DNA of 64,000 nt. Origin: Acidobacteriota bacterium (GTDB lineage Bacteria; Acidobacteriota; UBA6911). Made by a program: the position numbers and the translations under genes. The stretch spans positions 1,568,001 to 1,632,000 of the forward strand of contig OY761556.1 in assembly GCA_963664705.1 (NCBI GenBank). Direction: 5' to 3'. The stretch's first letter is position 1. Every line of letters begins with the position of its first letter. The notes under the pieces were generated by a model, which had not been told where the DNA came from, searched no databases, and worked only from the letters and a program-made list of their open reading frames with translations. Positions 60,939 to 64,000 of this stretch are shown in pieces.

Positions 60939-61099
60939 AGGACTCTCCGGCACAAGTTGTCTGTAAAAATGCCTGACCATGGAAAAACAAAGGTGTTACA
61001 CTGCCACTCAACGGCATTATCAGGGAATTTCCCGACAGAATCGAAAGAAAAGTCTATCAACTGGCGACAGCGGACTTCTGAAATCCAAGGAGGGATGGG

Positions 61100-62632
61100 A
61101 TGGGCGCAAACGATCTCCAGGCGGATATGGTAGTCATTGGCGGAGGCGGTGCGGGTCTTGCCGCGGCGCTGGCGGCCGCAGAGAATGGGTGCAGAAATAT
61201 AGTTGTGCTGGAAAAGGCTGGATCAGCAGCCGGAAGCACAGCCATGGCTCACGATATCTTCGGGGCTGAAAGCCCTGTCCAGAAGCGGCTCGGAGTCGAT
61301 GCGCGCAAAGATGATCTTTTCAAAGTTGCAATGGAATGGGCGCATTGGACAAAGATCAACCCGCGAATTGTGCGGGCCTTCATCGACAAATCCGGGGACA
61401 CCATAGGATGGCTGGAAAGGAAAGGATTGAGTTTCGAGCTTATTCAATATTATCCCAACCAGGTGCCTCTGGTCAGACACTCGGTCCACGGGCATGGCCG
61501 AGCGCTCATGAAAGCCTTGCGTGATGGCTGCACGGAACTGGGAGTCCGGATATTGACCCGTACGCCGGGAAAAAGGCTATTGAAGGATGACCACGGAAAT
61601 ATCTGCGGTGTTGTTGCTGAATCGAAAAATGGGGAAGTTCTTATCGATACAAAGACAGTTGTTATTGCCACGGGTGGCTACGGCAATAACAAGGAGATGT
61701 TGAAAAAAAGCTGCCCGTACTACCAGGACACATTTACTTATGATGGTCCGCCAAGCAATACAGGAGATGGAATCGTAATGGCTTCAGCCATAGGCGCAGA
61801 CACGGCCGGAATGGGATCCCTCAACCTGCACGGTCCTTTCCTTAAGCCAACGAGCGATTCCAAATCCATGAAGATGGATGCCAAATGGCTTGATGGGGCG
61901 CCAATCAAGATAACGCTGTGGTTTCTTGCCTGGGAACCGCAAACTCTTTGGGTGAACAAGACCGGCCGGCGGTTCATCGACGAGGGGTATAACCTCGCAT
62001 TTTTCGCCTTTGGTAATGCCGTCGCAATGCAGCCGGATGGGATTTGCTACACCATTTTCGACAGCGCGAACCTGAAACAGATGGAACTGGAAGGATTGAT
62101 TCGGCCCGGGGCTGCGTCTCGCGCCAATTGGCTTCCGGTATCGGCGGCGACTCCGCTCCCGGGACTGGAGCGGGAAATACGAAAACAGAATGACAAAGTT
62201 GATCTGAATATCTGCAATTCATTGGACGAGATTGCACACTGGATGGGCGCAGATCCGGCTCAAGTGAAGACCACGGTGGATGAATACAACGCAGCGTGCG
62301 ATCAGCGGCACGACGGGATTTTTGCCAAGGATCCTCGTTACCTGTTACCGCTGCGGACTCCCCCTTACTATGCCGTCAAAGGGCACGTTGCGCTTTGCGA
62401 TGCATATGGCGGTGTTAAGATCAATGAGAGGATGGAGGTGCTGGATGCCATCGACAAGCCGATCCCCGGTCTTTTTGCGGCCGGATCGACTACCGGGGCT
62501 TGGGAATCGGAGAGCTATTGTTACCGGCTGACGGGGCATCTGGTCGGGTTTGCCCTAAATTCCGGCCGGATTGCGGGAGAGAGTGCAGTGCAATACCTGC
62601 AGCGAATGACGGCTTGCGCGGCATCGCATTAG
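61100..62632 (+). CDS. FAD-dependent oxidoreductase (fumarate reductase flavoprotein / FAD_binding_2 family)
   Basis: DMVVIGGGGAGL, VIATGGY, NTGDG, TGRRFIDE, PPYYA, GGVKIN and IPGLFAAG. Confidence 0.93.
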   Translation: MGANDLQADMVVIGGGGAGLAAALAAAENGCRNIVVLEKAGSAAGSTAMAHDIFGAESPVQKRLGVDARKDDLFKVAMEWAHWTKINPRIVRAFIDKSGDTIGWLERKGLSFELIQYYPNQVPLVRHSVHGHGRALMKALRDGCTELGVRILTRTPGKRLLKDDHGNICGVVAESKNGEVLIDTKTVVIATGGYGNNKEMLKKSCPYYQDTFTYDGPPSNTGDGIVMASAIGADTAGMGSLNLHGPFLKPTSDSKSMKMDAKWLDGAPIKITLWFLAWEPQTLWVNKTGRRFIDEGYNLAFFAFGNAVAMQPDGICYTIFDSANLKQMELEGLIRPGAASRANWLPVSAATPLPGLEREIRKQNDKVDLNICNSLDEIAHWMGADPAQVKTTVDEYNAACDQRHDGIFAKDPRYLLPLRTPPYYAVKGHVALCDAYGGVKINERMEVLDAIDKPIPGLFAAGSTTGAWESESYCYRLTGHLVGFALNSGRIAGESAVQYLQRMTACAASH

Positions 62633-62654
62633 CGCCGGTGCTCCCAATATTTGC

Positions 62655-63998
62655 CTAAGACTTATTCCATTTTCCAGATTCAGGTAAAAATACTGAGAAG
62701 GTGCTGCCGGCCCCGACGGTGCTGGTTACAGTACAAACGCCTTCATGAGCTTTGATAATGCCCAAAGCCAGGGCGAGGCCCATGCCGCGCCCTTCAAATT
62801 TTGTGGTATAGAACGGATCAAATATCTTTTCCAGCTCGGATGCGGTAATTCCACAGCCAGTGTCGCGAATTTCAATGCAGGCATAGGTCGCGGCTTTGGG
62901 TGTCCAATCTATGGGATACCGGGTGGCAGCCACGATCTCATCTGCCGATACAGATTTCGCGATAAAGGAAATCAGGCCGCCGTTGTTTCCAATGGATTCC
63001 CGGGCATTGGAAAAAATTGCATGAATGATCTGCTGCAGATCATCACGGCTTATCATAATGCAGGAATCGCACTGAGAAAGATCAAAACTGGCCTTTATAG
63101 TCGGAGGCAAATCAATAATCAGCAGGTCCATGATCTGCCGGCAACAGGCGGAGACTTCTCTGGTCTCCACAGAAAGTCTCTTGAAGCCAAGATAGGTGAC
63201 CATCTGACGGCTTGTTTCAGAGGCTCTCAACGCCTCTTCTTTGGCTAACGAGAGAATTTCGTGCAAATCGGATGGAATGGATTCGGTATGCAAAGCGAGA
63301 TCCAGGCCGATGATGACTGACTGGAGGCGATTGTTGAAATTGTGGGCAATTGCGCCGGCCATGCGAGCCAGGCTTTCACCTTTCTTTGCCTGCCATAATT
63401 GGTTTTCCAGCGATTTCCTGATTTCTTCCTGCTTGATCTGATCGGTAATGTCAAATGCTGTTCCAATGGTTCCGGTGATTTCTCCATCTGAATCGCGCAA
63501 CGGAACTCTGTCCAGCCTCAGCCATTTCGTATCGCCTGAGGGAAGTGCTATTTCCTTTACCTGGAAAGGCGGACGACGACCGGTTTCCAGGATGGATCTT
63601 TCGGTCATTTCGCTTGTGACCGCAAGATCCTGAGGAAGAAAATCAGCATTGGACTTGCCCAGCAATTCTGATTCCTCATGACCTAACAGATGGCAAATTT
63701 CCTTGTTGACCGAAACAAAACGGCCTTCCCGATCTTTGACAGATATACCGATCGGAACAGAATCGATAATGAGCTGAAGTCTGTTTTTCAACTCTTCAAG
63801 CGCACGTTCGGCCAGCTTCTTGTCTGTGATGTCGGTATCGGTTCCAATCATCCGGAGCGGCCTGCCACCTGAATCCCGTGCCACAATCTTGGCCAGGCTC
63901 AATTGCCACCGTACCTCGCCATTCCTTGTAACGATTCTGTGTTCAGACCTGTATTCCTGTGTTTCTCCCTTAAGATATGCGTTTAGCTTGAGGAGCGT
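62655..63998 (-). CDS. PAS-domain sensor histidine kinase; 5'-truncated
   Basis: The frame is open to the window end (PAS_3-like YRSEHRIVTRNGEVRW). Further PAS/PAC, H-box IAHNFNN, NARES, DTGCG, FDPFYTTK and GMGL. Confidence 0.93.
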   Translation of the reverse strand, partial: TLLKLNAYLKGETQEYRSEHRIVTRNGEVRWQLSLAKIVARDSGGRPLRMIGTDTDITDKKLAERALEELKNRLQLIIDSVPIGISVKDREGRFVSVNKEICHLLGHEESELLGKSNADFLPQDLAVTSEMTERSILETGRRPPFQVKEIALPSGDTKWLRLDRVPLRDSDGEITGTIGTAFDITDQIKQEEIRKSLENQLWQAKKGESLARMAGAIAHNFNNRLQSVIIGLDLALHTESIPSDLHEILSLAKEEALRASETSRQMVTYLGFKRLSVETREVSACCRQIMDLLIIDLPPTIKASFDLSQCDSCIMISRDDLQQIIHAIFSNARESIGNNGGLISFIAKSVSADEIVAATRYPIDWTPKAATYACIEIRDTGCGITASELEKIFDPFYTTKFEGRGMGLALALGIIKAHEGVCTVTSTVGAGSTFSVFLPESGKWNKS

Positions 63999-64000
63999 TT

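Overview
About 64 kb of bacterial chromosome, probably an Acidobacteriota-like organism (inferred from the Oar-type TonB receptor and other secreted proteins). From left to right it holds: a 5'-truncated giant DUF11/SdrD-B repeat surface protein coupled to a large outer-membrane barrel-like protein; YhbY, HEAT, CMD and MFS genes; a secreted monoheme cytochrome c with Ig-like repeats; a TonB receptor; S9 and M16 peptidases; an FHA-protease/kinase/PP2C/kinase operon; a soluble [FeFe]-hydrogenase-like chemoreceptor; a split ORF pair that reads as one UxxC selenoprotein with a SECIS-like hairpin; a multicopper oxidase with an orphan CusB-like adaptor; and an RtcR/sigma54 RNA-repair locus (SPFH-rtcA-rtcB). 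The ~460-nt leader of the RNA-repair operon contains a degenerate tRNA-like element flanked by two further long-range-paired RNA domains. REP-like palindromes and heptamer repeats occupy several intergenic regions. I saw no CRISPR array, rRNA, canonical tRNA or transposase. All calls come from reading motifs by eye; no searches were run.
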